In this document: one piece after another, positions 1 to 8,827 of the stretch
Layout of the letters: every line of letters begins with the position of its first letter
Numbering within the stretch: position 1 is the stretch's first letter
Source of the DNA: Pseudomonadota bacterium
GTDB taxonomy: Bacteria; Bdellovibrionota; Bdellovibrionia; Bdellovibrionales; SG-bin7
Assembly: GCA_034439715.1 (NCBI GenBank)
Contig: JAWXAY010000092.1
Location: 1 to 16,126 of the forward strand
Reading direction: 5' to 3'
DNA: 16,126 bases
The notes under the pieces: model-generated
Database searches by the model: none
The model's input: the letters and a program-made list of their open reading frames with translations, nothing else
What the model was told of the DNA's origin: nothing
Position numbers and translations under genes: made by a program

Positions 1-131
1 AACTCCGTTGGAGGCGAGCACCAAAAAAGCAATTCGCGCTTTATGCCAACTGTAAAACTACCACGAAGGAGAAATTGCACTTAATATTTGAAGACACGAT
101 TGCGGACCTAAGGTATTAATGAAACTGGATA

Positions 132-201
132 ACGCTAATGGATAAGGTAACTCTATAGTGTAATGGATAAGGTAATTCGACTACGCTGATGGATAGTGCA
201 A
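132..201. repeat. Three degenerate 25-26 bp tandem direct repeats with core TAATGGATAAGGTAA
   Basis: TAATGGATAAGGTAA is exact at 136-150 and 161-175. A third copy TGATGGATAGTGCAA at 187-201 matches 11/15, and copies 1 and 3 share the prefix ACGC. An extra TGGATAA lies at 126-132. Confidence 0.8.
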
Positions 202-283
202 ATATAAAATCAAATCGATAAATTGCATTTAATTTTTTAAGGCAGGAGGAAGTACCTCAGCTACGATACGTCTTAAATCACAA

Positions 284-1174
284 TCAGGCCTTGTAGAAAA
301 CTATGCCTTCAACTTTAGGTGTTATACCAGATGGCCAAAGGCTTAAAATGTAACCGCCTCCACCTGAACCCGTTGGCTTAGCGGCGAGGGCGCCAGCTGC
401 TTTTATTTTTTCAATTTGGCTAATCATCTGATTAGGAGGTAAGCCCCAACGAAAAAAACACTGACCCGCTTGATCAATCGACTTAACTAAATACGGCAGG
501 CCTTCGGCCTCAGAACACCCAAGGGCACGCTCGGCAAGTACAGCACTCGCAGTCATCAGTTCATCCGTGTTTCTTCCTTCACCGGTATTCTGCAAAATAA
601 ATTTTCTAACTTTTTCGATGTCATTTGCTGTGCCACTTGAAACACCCGAATAGGAAAGAAACCAATTAGGCGTCCAATTGTTTTTTATCAAGTGATAATC
701 GCCCGACATTTCAAAATGAATTCCTTGGCCTGCTAAAATCACAGCGACATCCAAACCGCTACTTTTACCATGAAAAACATTTTCGAGCTCACGGCAAAAA
801 TTAAAAAGCTCTAAAGTTTTAAGCCAACCCAATTCCGCAAAAAGACGTCCTACGGTTACGCAAAGAGTGGCAGAGCCGCCAAGGCCAGCGCCCAATGTTA
901 TATTAGCATTCGCGGAAATAGTGCCCGGTAAGTCTTGTCGCATTTTTGTCAGAAGAGAAAGTCCGCGATCTAAGGCTTTCGAAAATGGTTCAAGATGTGG
1001 GAGGTCGCCACTACCCACTGAGACCAAAGAAAGTGGTTGGTCATTTTTTAAAAATTCAATCAAGAAAAACTGACTCTGAAATGGGAAGGCTATCGCGGGC
1101 GAACCTCTGAGTACGGAATGTTCGCCACAAAGTATCCATTTGCCACAAGTACGCAGAGTAATAGAGCTAGACAT
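284..1174 (-). CDS. mvk: Mevalonate kinase (GHMP kinase family)
   Basis: Motifs GKWILCGEHSVLRG, LGAGLGGSA (ATP loop), ENVFHGKSSGLD (MVK-type ExxxHGxxSGxD) and KPTGSGGGG. The start is placed at ATG 1174 (MSSSITL), overlapping the mvaD stop by 8 nt, rather than at 1216 as in the ORF track. Confidence 0.9.
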   Translation of the reverse strand: MSSSITLRTCGKWILCGEHSVLRGSPAIAFPFQSQFFLIEFLKNDQPLSLVSVGSGDLPHLEPFSKALDRGLSLLTKMRQDLPGTISANANITLGAGLGGSATLCVTVGRLFAELGWLKTLELFNFCRELENVFHGKSSGLDVAVILAGQGIHFEMSGDYHLIKNNWTPNWFLSYSGVSSGTANDIEKVRKFILQNTGEGRNTDELMTASAVLAERALGCSEAEGLPYLVKSIDQAGQCFFRWGLPPNQMISQIEKIKAAGALAAKPTGSGGGGYILSLWPSGITPKVEGIVFYKA

Positions 1175-2144
1175 AGTGTGAAATAATTGGAAAGGTTTGC
1201 GCCAACTCACCCTCAATTTGTTTTGCTAGCGATATTTGATCTTCTCGATAGAGTAAGTGCACATTAGGACCAGCATCCATGGTCACCCACGGGCCGTCAT
1301 CTTTTGACTGCCAGACGTCTTTAACGACATCTAAAACCTTTAAGGAACCTTGTGACATGTAACCGAAAGAGGGCCGACTTGTTTCGAAAAGTGCATGCAT
1401 ATCCCAAAATTCGCTCCAAATAATTTCAAAACTGCCCTTCCAATCCAGGCGTTCCATCGATTCTTTTAGATTTGCGAGGCGAATCTCAGCGCGGGCCACA
1501 CGGCCTTCGCTCAAAAGACTCGTGCTAATTCTTTTATGAGCTTCGCTAGAGGAAACTCTTTTTATCTTGTCGTTAACGACGACCACCTGGTGATGAAGTT
1601 TTTTAAAAGGGAGGTCAATTTCTCTAGCGCCTTTTTCGTCCCACAGGCCCCAAGGTGAGAAAAACGAACGGCACGAAGAGCCCGAACCTTGGCGACTTAG
1701 GTCGGCCAGCATTTCTGAAGTTAAATCTAGTTTCTGATTTTTTTCACCAGCGGTCTTTAAATCGCGAATAGCTAAAAAAGTACAGTGGGTGAGAGCGGCA
1801 AAGCTTGAGGCCGAGCTTGCCAGTCCACAATCTGAAGGAAAATTATTATTAGAGCGAACTTTGAGATATCCCTCGTAACCCCAAGTTTTTTTCAAAAACT
1901 GAAGATGTTTTAAAAATCTTTCTTGGCCCATTTTAGAGATTTGTACGTTCGCTCGTCCGGCAATTTCTAGCGGTTCCCAACTGTCACAACTACCTAAAGG
2001 TAGAGGTTCCATTTCAACAAATGTCCGCAAATGTTCTAAAGTATAAGAAACTGAAGAGTTTGTCGAAATATTTTCGCGATTGGGAATTTTGCCCATGTAT
2101 TTGATAAGGGCAATATTGGAGGGGGCCGAAGCTTGCCACTTCAT
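1167..2144 (-). CDS. mvaD: Diphosphomevalonate decarboxylase
   Basis: Motifs APSNIALIKYMGK, GLASSASSFAAL, SRQGSGSSCRS and TMDAGPNVH. ATGA overlap with the upstream kinase gene. Confidence 0.95.
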   Translation of the reverse strand: MKWQASAPSNIALIKYMGKIPNRENISTNSSVSYTLEHLRTFVEMEPLPLGSCDSWEPLEIAGRANVQISKMGQERFLKHLQFLKKTWGYEGYLKVRSNNNFPSDCGLASSASSFAALTHCTFLAIRDLKTAGEKNQKLDLTSEMLADLSRQGSGSSCRSFFSPWGLWDEKGAREIDLPFKKLHHQVVVVNDKIKRVSSSEAHKRISTSLLSEGRVARAEIRLANLKESMERLDWKGSFEIIWSEFWDMHALFETSRPSFGYMSQGSLKVLDVVKDVWQSKDDGPWVTMDAGPNVHLLYREDQISLAKQIEGELAQTFPIISHYV

Positions 2145-3118
2145 AAAATAGCCTCAGCTGATTTGTTATTGGGGCCATCATTTTCGATAGACAATTTGAG
2201 GCCACCAGTAAGATTGCCACTGGTGGCCACAACCTCGAGTTTTTCATTTTCTAAGTAAGAGCTAACCTTTTCTTGGTCCTTTTTTAAAAATACCAATAGC
2301 AAGATGTCAGCGCCCATGGCTCCACACCCTTTGGAAGCAAGTATTGGCAAATGGGAATTTGCTTTAGATAATAGATCAATGGTGTGCTGGGTTACCCAGT
2401 TCTGAGCACGTAACGCCTGAGCGTAATTGTTAACGCTTTCAATAAAAGTCTCTTCGTCTTTTAAAAGCATGCATTGCATCGCTGTGTCAGCGATATTCTT
2501 TAATTTTTCTGTTGGTATATCCACAATACTTTTTAAATGTTCATGCGTGGCAGTTTTTTGACCCGTTCGCGCCAGAGCAAATTCAATATTTGGAAAGTCC
2601 CAGTTGAAACTGTGTACGACATTATGTTCAGCGTGAACATAAGACATTCTTCCGACTAGTTGAGCAATCACATCGGCACCACTCGGGGGCATTCCAAGGC
2701 CGTTCCACGCGCAGTCACGATAGGTGGGTAAATAGGGGAAGCCATCTTTAGCTTCAAAGGCAGTAACCGCACTAATTAGCTCTGGTGAAATTTCAAAGCG
2801 GCGACTGCGTTTGATAGCGCAGTATAGAGCTAAAAGTAATGCAAACTGGGCACTAGACGCTCCGAGGCCGCCGCGTGTCTTGTGCGGATCCTTAAATTCG
2901 AGGTCAAAACAAGAAAAGTCGCTATTGAATTTATTTAAGAACTGGCCAGCCGGGGATTCGGCATTAATACCGGTGATTTTGGGTTCACTAAAAACAGTGT
3001 CGCTCAAAATCAACTCAAAACAGGGTTCTGTACAAGCTATGAGAGCTGGACCCCCGCTCATCGCAAGATACTCACCGATAATAAATGTTTTGCTGGGAAT
3101 ACTTAATTTTAATTTCAT
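2141..3118 (-). CDS. GHMP kinase, probable phosphomevalonate kinase
   Basis: Motifs PSKTFIIGEYL (PMK-type GEY), GLGASSA, SGADV and KGCGAMGAD. It is the second GHMP kinase in a mevalonate operon whose other kinase carries the MVK signatures. Confidence 0.8.
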   Translation of the reverse strand: MKLKLSIPSKTFIIGEYLAMSGGPALIACTEPCFELILSDTVFSEPKITGINAESPAGQFLNKFNSDFSCFDLEFKDPHKTRGGLGASSAQFALLLALYCAIKRSRRFEISPELISAVTAFEAKDGFPYLPTYRDCAWNGLGMPPSGADVIAQLVGRMSYVHAEHNVVHSFNWDFPNIEFALARTGQKTATHEHLKSIVDIPTEKLKNIADTAMQCMLLKDEETFIESVNNYAQALRAQNWVTQHTIDLLSKANSHLPILASKGCGAMGADILLLVFLKKDQEKVSSYLENEKLEVVATSGNLTGGLKLSIENDGPNNKSAEAIL

Positions 3119-3126
3119 ATTCGTTC

Positions 3127-4431
3127 CTAGGTCAAAGCCTCTTTTTCGCGTAAATCACTTAATGCCTCCACGGCGTGACTTAGTGAGATGCGTTTAGTTT
3201 TAGCCAAAATGCCTTCTAAGATTTTTTTAATTAAAGGAATTTCTACTTCTGTGGCGCCAGCTGAAAGGGCCAAGTTTTGAATATGAAGTCTCATGTGGCC
3301 CTGAGTAATGCCTTCACTGACTAAGGCTCGTATGGCGCCTAGGTTTTGTACCAAACCAACGGCGGCTACAATTCGCGAAAGCTCATTGGCGTTATTGACC
3401 TTTAACATTTTTAGACACAATTGAGCTGTCGGGTGCAGAGCTGTCACGCCACCGACTGTTCCCACACAGATTGGCGCTACCAAAGTTCCCATAAGATTTT
3501 TTCCGTCAAATACCCAGCGGGTGATAGAACGATACTGACCTGTACGGGCCGCATAGGAGTGAACGCCGGCTTCAACCGCACGCCAATCATTACCTGTGGC
3601 GACAAGGACGGGATCGATACCATTGAGAACGCCCTTATTATTGGTGGCGGCCCGGTAAGGATCGTTTTGGGCAAAAAGTGAAGCTTCTGCAATTCTCTCA
3701 CCCAACACGGGATCTATTTTATTTATTAATACTTGGGCCCGGGTAAGTTTAGTATCCACCAAATTTGATAAGATACACATTGTCACCTTTTCGGAGGTGA
3801 GTGCCTCGATCATAGGTTTTAGGAATTCGCACACTTGATTAATGATATTAGCTCCCATGGCATTACAGGTATCAGCCAAAACATGAATGACTGCCATGTC
3901 GGTTCCATCGCCTCGTGGAATCTGGCGTACATATATTTCTCGCACGCCTCCCCCTCGTTTTACCATTTGACTGGCAACTTTGGCATTGGCCTCTTGGATC
4001 AAGAATTGTTTATTCTGTTCGATAGTCATTTTAAAGTTTTCAAAATTTCGAATATGCGACAACTGAACTTGACCAATTATTTCTTTGCCAAGATTTTGTG
4101 TTTTGATATTTCCATTCTGTTTAATCCATTTTGCAGTTTTACTGGCGGCTGCGATAATGGATGTTTCCTCAACAGCCATTGGAATTACTTGATCACGCCC
4201 ATCAATATTAAAATTGGTGGCTACTCCAAGAGGAATCTGAAAATAACCAATAACATTTTCGATAAACGATTCAGCAAGACTTACATCTTGAATTCCACCG
4301 GCTTGAAGAAATTGAACGTCTTCAATCGAAATGACACCCATTTCTAAAAGACGTTGAAAGCGCTCAGGGCGCTCCAATTTTGAGAATCCCTCAAAATATT
4401 TATTTAGATCTTTTGATCTATATATTTCCAC
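3127..4431 (-). CDS. mvaA: Class II hydroxymethylglutaryl-CoA reductase
   Basis: Motifs ENVIG, AVEETS (catalytic Glu), NAMGAN, ATNNKG (catalytic Lys), GNDWRA (Asp) and GITQGHMRLH (His). GTG start with AGGAG 8 nt upstream, overlapping fni by 28 nt. Confidence 0.95.
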   Translation of the reverse strand: MEIYRSKDLNKYFEGFSKLERPERFQRLLEMGVISIEDVQFLQAGGIQDVSLAESFIENVIGYFQIPLGVATNFNIDGRDQVIPMAVEETSIIAAASKTAKWIKQNGNIKTQNLGKEIIGQVQLSHIRNFENFKMTIEQNKQFLIQEANAKVASQMVKRGGGVREIYVRQIPRGDGTDMAVIHVLADTCNAMGANIINQVCEFLKPMIEALTSEKVTMCILSNLVDTKLTRAQVLINKIDPVLGERIAEASLFAQNDPYRAATNNKGVLNGIDPVLVATGNDWRAVEAGVHSYAARTGQYRSITRWVFDGKNLMGTLVAPICVGTVGGVTALHPTAQLCLKMLKVNNANELSRIVAAVGLVQNLGAIRALVSEGITQGHMRLHIQNLALSAGATEVEIPLIKKILEGILAKTKRISLSHAVEALSDLREKEALT

Positions 4432-5465
4432 GGTTTCTTCTCCTGGAAGTCAGTGATTGATTTTGATCCCGTACAAAATAGCGCGACCCGAAGTTCAAAT
4501 TCTAATAATTCCATTTTTTTCTCTAAAGCCTCGGGGCCAGCAAGAGCGGCCTCTAGAATTGGGCGTGCAAAACCCACCATTTTGGCACCCAAAGCAATGA
4601 GGCGAGCGGCATCGAGGCCACTACGGACTCCACCTGATGCCCAAAGTTGGTAGTCAGGAGAAATTCGCATACCACTCAATAGAGAATCGACAGTACTGAC
4701 TCCCCAATCTTTAAATGACTGAGCCGCCTCAAATAATTTTTGGCCAGGCTGGGAGCGGTAGCCCTCAATGCGGCCCCAGTGCGTGCCACCTTTGCCAGAG
4801 ACGTCAACTGCAGAAATTCCGCAATTTTTTAAACGATGCAGGGTTTTTTCAGAAAAGCCACATCCGACCTCTTTTACGATGACCGGTATAGAAATTTCGC
4901 GGCAAATCCTTTCAATGGCTTTGAGTCCACCAGAAAAATTGGGAGTACCCTCAGGTTGAAAACACTCCTGCAAAGGATTGGTATGTATGAAGAGAGCCTT
5001 CGCTGCGAGATTCTCAATGAGGCTTTGAACCTCACTTGTTTTCAAGAATATAAGTTGGGAGATACCAATATTACCCAGAAGACTGACTTTTGGTGCGAGC
5101 CTTCTAATTCTTTGCCATTCAGATTTGGCTTCAGGATCAAAGAGCTCTCGTCTTTGCGAACCTACGCCCATGGCCCAATTTCGTTTTTCACAAACGACAG
5201 CCAAAACTTCATTTACATTAGATGCGCCAGGGTGGCCCGCCGTCATTGAACTCACGAACATCGGGCAACCTAAATTCATGTCAAATGTGGTTTGCGCCAA
5301 AGACACTTTAGAAAAATCAAGTTCTGGAAAGGCTTCGTGAATTAGTTCAATACGATCGAGGCCTGACTGGCCCATGGCCTCAGTCTTTGGGTTCAACGAA
5401 AGTTTAATGTGATCCTGCTTGCGACTTTCGAACTGCGAAGTTGCTTCAAAACTGTTATTGCTCAT
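4404..5465 (-). CDS. fni: Type 2 isopentenyl-diphosphate delta-isomerase (FMN-dependent)
   Basis: Motifs RKQDHI, SSMTAG, GSQR, HTNPLQE, KEVGCG, GKGGT and SGGVR. GAGG RBS at 5478-5475. Confidence 0.95.
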   Translation of the reverse strand: MSNNSFEATSQFESRKQDHIKLSLNPKTEAMGQSGLDRIELIHEAFPELDFSKVSLAQTTFDMNLGCPMFVSSMTAGHPGASNVNEVLAVVCEKRNWAMGVGSQRRELFDPEAKSEWQRIRRLAPKVSLLGNIGISQLIFLKTSEVQSLIENLAAKALFIHTNPLQECFQPEGTPNFSGGLKAIERICREISIPVIVKEVGCGFSEKTLHRLKNCGISAVDVSGKGGTHWGRIEGYRSQPGQKLFEAAQSFKDWGVSTVDSLLSGMRISPDYQLWASGGVRSGLDAARLIALGAKMVGFARPILEAALAGPEALEKKMELLEFELRVALFCTGSKSITDFQEKKPWKYIDQKI

Positions 5466-5495
5466 TAAAGCTTTCCTCGTAGTGTATGACGCAAC

Positions 5496-5524
5496 ACAAT
5501 ATCATAGGCGAGCGGCAATGTCAA
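5496..5524 (-). promoter_or_regulatory. Sigma70-type promoter of the mevalonate operon
   Basis: Minus strand reads TTGACA (5524-5519), a 17 nt spacer, then TATTGT (5501-5496), with an extended -10 TG (TGaTATTGT). It lies about 30 nt upstream of the fni ATG. Confidence 0.75.
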
Positions 5525-5538
5525 AAAGGGAGAGCCCC

Positions 5539-5551
5539 TGTAATATTTACA
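5539..5551. promoter_or_regulatory. Operator-like palindrome TGTAA-N3-TTACA in the divergent fni/MMPL intergenic region
   Basis: TGTAATATTTACA has perfect 5-bp inverted arms. It is short and could arise by chance in AT-rich DNA. Confidence 0.3.
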
Positions 5552-5596
5552 CGATCTCTAGTGTTTAAATTGGCATTCGTAGTAAATAGGGTCCAC

Positions 5597-7903
5597 ATGA
5601 TTCAAAAAATCGAAAAATTTTTGGTAGAAAAAATCCTGCGGAACTGGAAGGGCTTAAGCCTTTTTAGTCTCGTTTTCGTGGCTCTCTGTAGCTGGGGGTT
5701 TAAGAACTTAAAGTTCGACACTGATTATAGAAGTTTTTTAAGTTACGAAGAACAGGCTCGGCTGAGAGATTTTGACAACACCTACACCAAAGATAAGAGT
5801 CTATTTTTAGCTGTCTCTGCGCGAGAGGGTGACCTTTTTAGTCCCCAAAATTTGGCGGCTTTAGAATGGTTAACCGAAGCCTCTTGGCAGATCCCTTACA
5901 CTAAGCGTGTGGATTCACTCACTAATTTTCAGAATATGACAGTGTCAGGCGACGAACTTGTGGTGCAGGATCTAGTTAAGAACGCTTTGGGGATGTCTCC
6001 TTCAAAAATTAAGGAGGCGAAAGCCATCGCCCTTTCAGACCCAAGAGTTGTTAAAAGGATCCTGTCTTTAAGCGCCCAACACACCATTATTGTGGTCAGT
6101 TTTAGCTTTGATGACATTGAAAGAGATAAAGTCGCTACCAGCATGGAGGCTGTCGACAAATTAATTCTCGAAGCCAAGCGCAAGTTTCCCGGGCTCGACT
6201 ACCGTCCCACCGGGGGGGTAATGATGAGCTATGTTTTACCTCAAATAGCCCTGAGAGATATCATGATTTCGTTTCCAATCATGAATCTCATTTTGTTTGC
6301 CTTGCTCTGGTATTTCTTCAAGTCAATTAAGGGTGTCGCTCTCACGGGCATTGTGATTTCGGCCTCAATACTTTCTACCTTCGGAATTTATGGCTGGTTG
6401 GGCTCCGCTATTTCAACCAACTCTGCAATGGCGCCGACCATAATTCTGACTCTTGCCGTAGCTGATACCGTCCACTTCTTTTTGGGTTTCCAGAGAATGT
6501 ATTTAAAGGGACTTAGCAAAGTTGAGGCAGTAAAAAAGAGTTTAGAGTTTAACTTGATGCCTATGTTTTTGACGACACTAACAACGTATATTGGATTCTT
6601 AAGTCTTAATTTTAGCGACTCTCCCAACTACGTTCAGTTCGGAAATATAGTGGCAACAGGAGTGGCGCTGGCTTTCTTTTTTACTATTGTATTGGTGCCC
6701 GGAATAATACTGTTTTGGCCAAGTTCAGATTGGGGACGACCGGCTAATGTCAAATATGATATTATTCACAATCTGCTGCGCAGAACTGGAGTTTTTGTTG
6801 TTGAGAATAAAAAGCTGTCATTTTTTGGTTCCTTGACTCTAGTCATTTTTTTGATCGCAAGTATTCCTAAGAATAAAGTTGATGATGACTTTTTGAAAAG
6901 TATCGATGAATCGCACCAAGTCAGACGTGACTATGAGTTCGTGAGCCAAAATATAGTGGGATTTCAAAATATCGATTTTAACTTTAAAACGGGCATTCCT
7001 GATAAAATTAAGGATCCTGAATATTTGTTGTTTTTGGATCGCTTTTCGAATTGGCTAATGACTCAATCAGAAGTTAAAAGCGTCGTCAGCGTTAATGACA
7101 TATTTAAGCGACTCAATCAGGTCTTAAATAATAACAAAAAATCATTTTATAAGATTCCGGATAACGGCAAATTAGCGGCGCAGTATTTGCTTCTTTATGA
7201 GATATCTTTACCTCAAGGCCTAGATCTCACTAACATGATTAACATTGATAAGTCGGCCTCACGCATGGTGGTATTGTTGCAGAATATGTCAAATGTGGGA
7301 CTGGTTGCTTTTGCCAAGAAAGCCGAAGATTGGCTTAAGCAAAATGCGCCGAGTTTTATCATCGAAACAAAGCCAGTGGGTGGATCGCTATCTTTTGCTA
7401 AAGTAACAATGGATAACATTTCAAGCATGATTGAAGGCGAGATAGTGACGACCATTATTATTTCTCTTTTGATGATTGTGTTTTTTAGGCCCGCTATTGT
7501 GGGATTGATTGCCATTATTCCTAATTTTTTGCCCGGCCTTTGTGGCCTTGGGCTTTGGGCTTGGATTTACGGTGAAGTGGGAATGGCTGTTGCGAGTGTG
7601 TTTGGCATCACTTTGGGAATTGCCATTGACGATACCATTCATTTTGTTACCCATTACATTGATGCCCGAAAAGAGAAAAACGTTTCCAGCGAAGAGGCTG
7701 TGCTTCACTGTTTTGAAGCTGTGGGCCCAGCTATGCTTGCGACAACACTTGTATTAGTTTGTGGTTTTGGGGCGCTTTATTTTTCACAATTGAAAATGAA
7801 TTCACAGTTTGGAATATTAACAGCCTGGATTTTTGCACTCGCAGTGCTAGGAGATTTTTTCTTACTGGGTCCCATGCTTATGCTTTTTGACAAGAGAAAG
7901 TAA
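5597..7903 (+). CDS. MMPL-family / RND-superfamily membrane transporter (putative lipid exporter)
   Basis: About 768 aa with two internal repeats, each an N-terminal TM helix, a large extracytoplasmic loop and about 5 TM helices. Acidic TM motifs LAVADTVHF (Asp at 6464) and GIAIDDTIHF (Asp-Asp at 7628-7633). The start is placed at ATG 5597 because the ORF-track start at 5486 runs through the fni promoter. Confidence 0.88.
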   Translation: MIQKIEKFLVEKILRNWKGLSLFSLVFVALCSWGFKNLKFDTDYRSFLSYEEQARLRDFDNTYTKDKSLFLAVSAREGDLFSPQNLAALEWLTEASWQIPYTKRVDSLTNFQNMTVSGDELVVQDLVKNALGMSPSKIKEAKAIALSDPRVVKRILSLSAQHTIIVVSFSFDDIERDKVATSMEAVDKLILEAKRKFPGLDYRPTGGVMMSYVLPQIALRDIMISFPIMNLILFALLWYFFKSIKGVALTGIVISASILSTFGIYGWLGSAISTNSAMAPTIILTLAVADTVHFFLGFQRMYLKGLSKVEAVKKSLEFNLMPMFLTTLTTYIGFLSLNFSDSPNYVQFGNIVATGVALAFFFTIVLVPGIILFWPSSDWGRPANVKYDIIHNLLRRTGVFVVENKKLSFFGSLTLVIFLIASIPKNKVDDDFLKSIDESHQVRRDYEFVSQNIVGFQNIDFNFKTGIPDKIKDPEYLLFLDRFSNWLMTQSEVKSVVSVNDIFKRLNQVLNNNKKSFYKIPDNGKLAAQYLLLYEISLPQGLDLTNMINIDKSASRMVVLLQNMSNVGLVAFAKKAEDWLKQNAPSFIIETKPVGGSLSFAKVTMDNISSMIEGEIVTTIIISLLMIVFFRPAIVGLIAIIPNFLPGLCGLGLWAWIYGEVGMAVASVFGITLGIAIDDTIHFVTHYIDARKEKNVSSEEAVLHCFEAVGPAMLATTLVLVCGFGALYFSQLKMNSQFGILTAWIFALAVLGDFFLLGPMLMLFDKRK

Positions 7904-8047
7904 TGGCGTGGATGTTAAGTTACTATGAAAAAAATACTCAGGGAAAAACTTTGCACTATTGATAAGTTGCTGAAATAGCTGGTTTTATTTTTTTGGACTT
8001 TCTTGCATGATTATTGCTCTATATAGGCAGGTTAGCGGGAGATAATT

Positions 8048-8824
8048 ATGAAAGCAGTCATTTTAGCAGGTGGTCTTGGTACCCGATTTGGTGAAGAAAC
8101 TGATCTCAAACCTAAACCGATGATCGAAGTCGGGGGCATGCCGATCCTGTGGCATATTATGAAAATGTATAGTGCTCATGGAATTGACGAATTTGTAATT
8201 TGCTTGGGCTACAGAGGCTATATTATTAAAGAGTTTTTTGACAATTATTTTTTGCATCGCTCGGATGTAACTTTTGATATACGAACTAATACTAAGTTGG
8301 TCCACGAGCACGAAGCTGAGCCTTGGAAGGTAACTCTCGTTGACACCGGTGCCAACACCCAAACGGGTGGTCGCATTAAGCGAGTTCGAAAATATATTGG
8401 CAACGAAACCTTTTTTCTCACTTATGGGGATGGCGTCGCAGACGTTGACATTAAGAAATCACTTGAAGAACATAAAGCAGCGGGCAAACTTTGCACTGTG
8501 ACTGCGGTTCAGCCGGCAGGACGCTTTGGCGCGATGGTGGTTGATGATTCAAATACCGTGACTCGTTTTGAAGAAAAACCTCAAGGTGATGGCTCTTGGA
8601 TTAACGGTGGTTTCTTTGTGGTGGAACCAAAAATTTTTGACTTAATTGATGACGACACTACTATCTGGGAACAAAAACCCCTTAAGACGTTAGCTGGCGA
8701 CAAAGAACTCAATGCATTTTATCATCGTGGTTTTTGGCAACCTATGGATACACTTCGTGACCGCAGAGAGCTTGAAAAGCACTGGGCGTCTGGCCTTGCA
8801 CCTTGGAAGATGTGGGAAAAATAA
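8048..8824 (+). CDS. rfbF: Glucose-1-phosphate cytidylyltransferase
   Basis: Motifs MKAVILAGGLGTR, KPKPM, TGGRIKR, TYGDG, WINGGFFV and WQPMDTLRD. GGAG RBS at 8038-8041. Confidence 0.96.
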   Translation: MKAVILAGGLGTRFGEETDLKPKPMIEVGGMPILWHIMKMYSAHGIDEFVICLGYRGYIIKEFFDNYFLHRSDVTFDIRTNTKLVHEHEAEPWKVTLVDTGANTQTGGRIKRVRKYIGNETFFLTYGDGVADVDIKKSLEEHKAAGKLCTVTAVQPAGRFGAMVVDDSNTVTRFEEKPQGDGSWINGGFFVVEPKIFDLIDDDTTIWEQKPLKTLAGDKELNAFYHRGFWQPMDTLRDRRELEKHWASGLAPWKMWEK

Positions 8825-8827
8825 CAA

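Noticed and set aside
74..118. Small + strand ORF (TTG start, MHLIFEDTIADLRY) after AAGGAG
   Set aside because: Only 14 codons, 3-nt SD spacing and a weak start codon; no other support.
136..201. CRISPR array interpretation of the repeats
   Set aside because: The repeat is only 15 bp, the spacers are 10-11 bp and resemble each other, and no cas genes are present.
124..240. Chromosomal oriC
   Set aside because: Every box has 2 or more mismatches to TTATCCACA and no dnaA, dnaN or gidA is in view. Kept only as an unexplained array.
246..258. Hairpin GAGG-aagta-CCTC as terminator of the mevalonate operon
   Set aside because: 4-bp stem and no U-tract on the minus strand.
3835..4347. 170-aa + strand ORF and the other short overlapping ORFs in the track (e.g. 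2811-3197, 4836-5249, 9338-9721, 11100-11477)
   Set aside because: They are antisense or out-of-frame shadows of well-conserved genes and have no recognisable motifs.
5494..5509. NrdR-box-like ACACAATATCATAGGC
   Set aside because: The right half does not fit the consensus, it is far from the nrdA promoter, and it is better explained as the fni -10 box.
8003..8018. Sigma54-like TTGCATGATTATTGCT upstream of rfbF
   Set aside because: Spacing and the -12 element fit, but the near-invariant -24 GG is TG. Not called without TSS data.
8026..8039. ops/JUMPstart-like GGCAGGTTAGCGGG before rfbF
   Set aside because: It needs two insertions to match GGCGGTAGCGTG, and no full JUMPstart is present.
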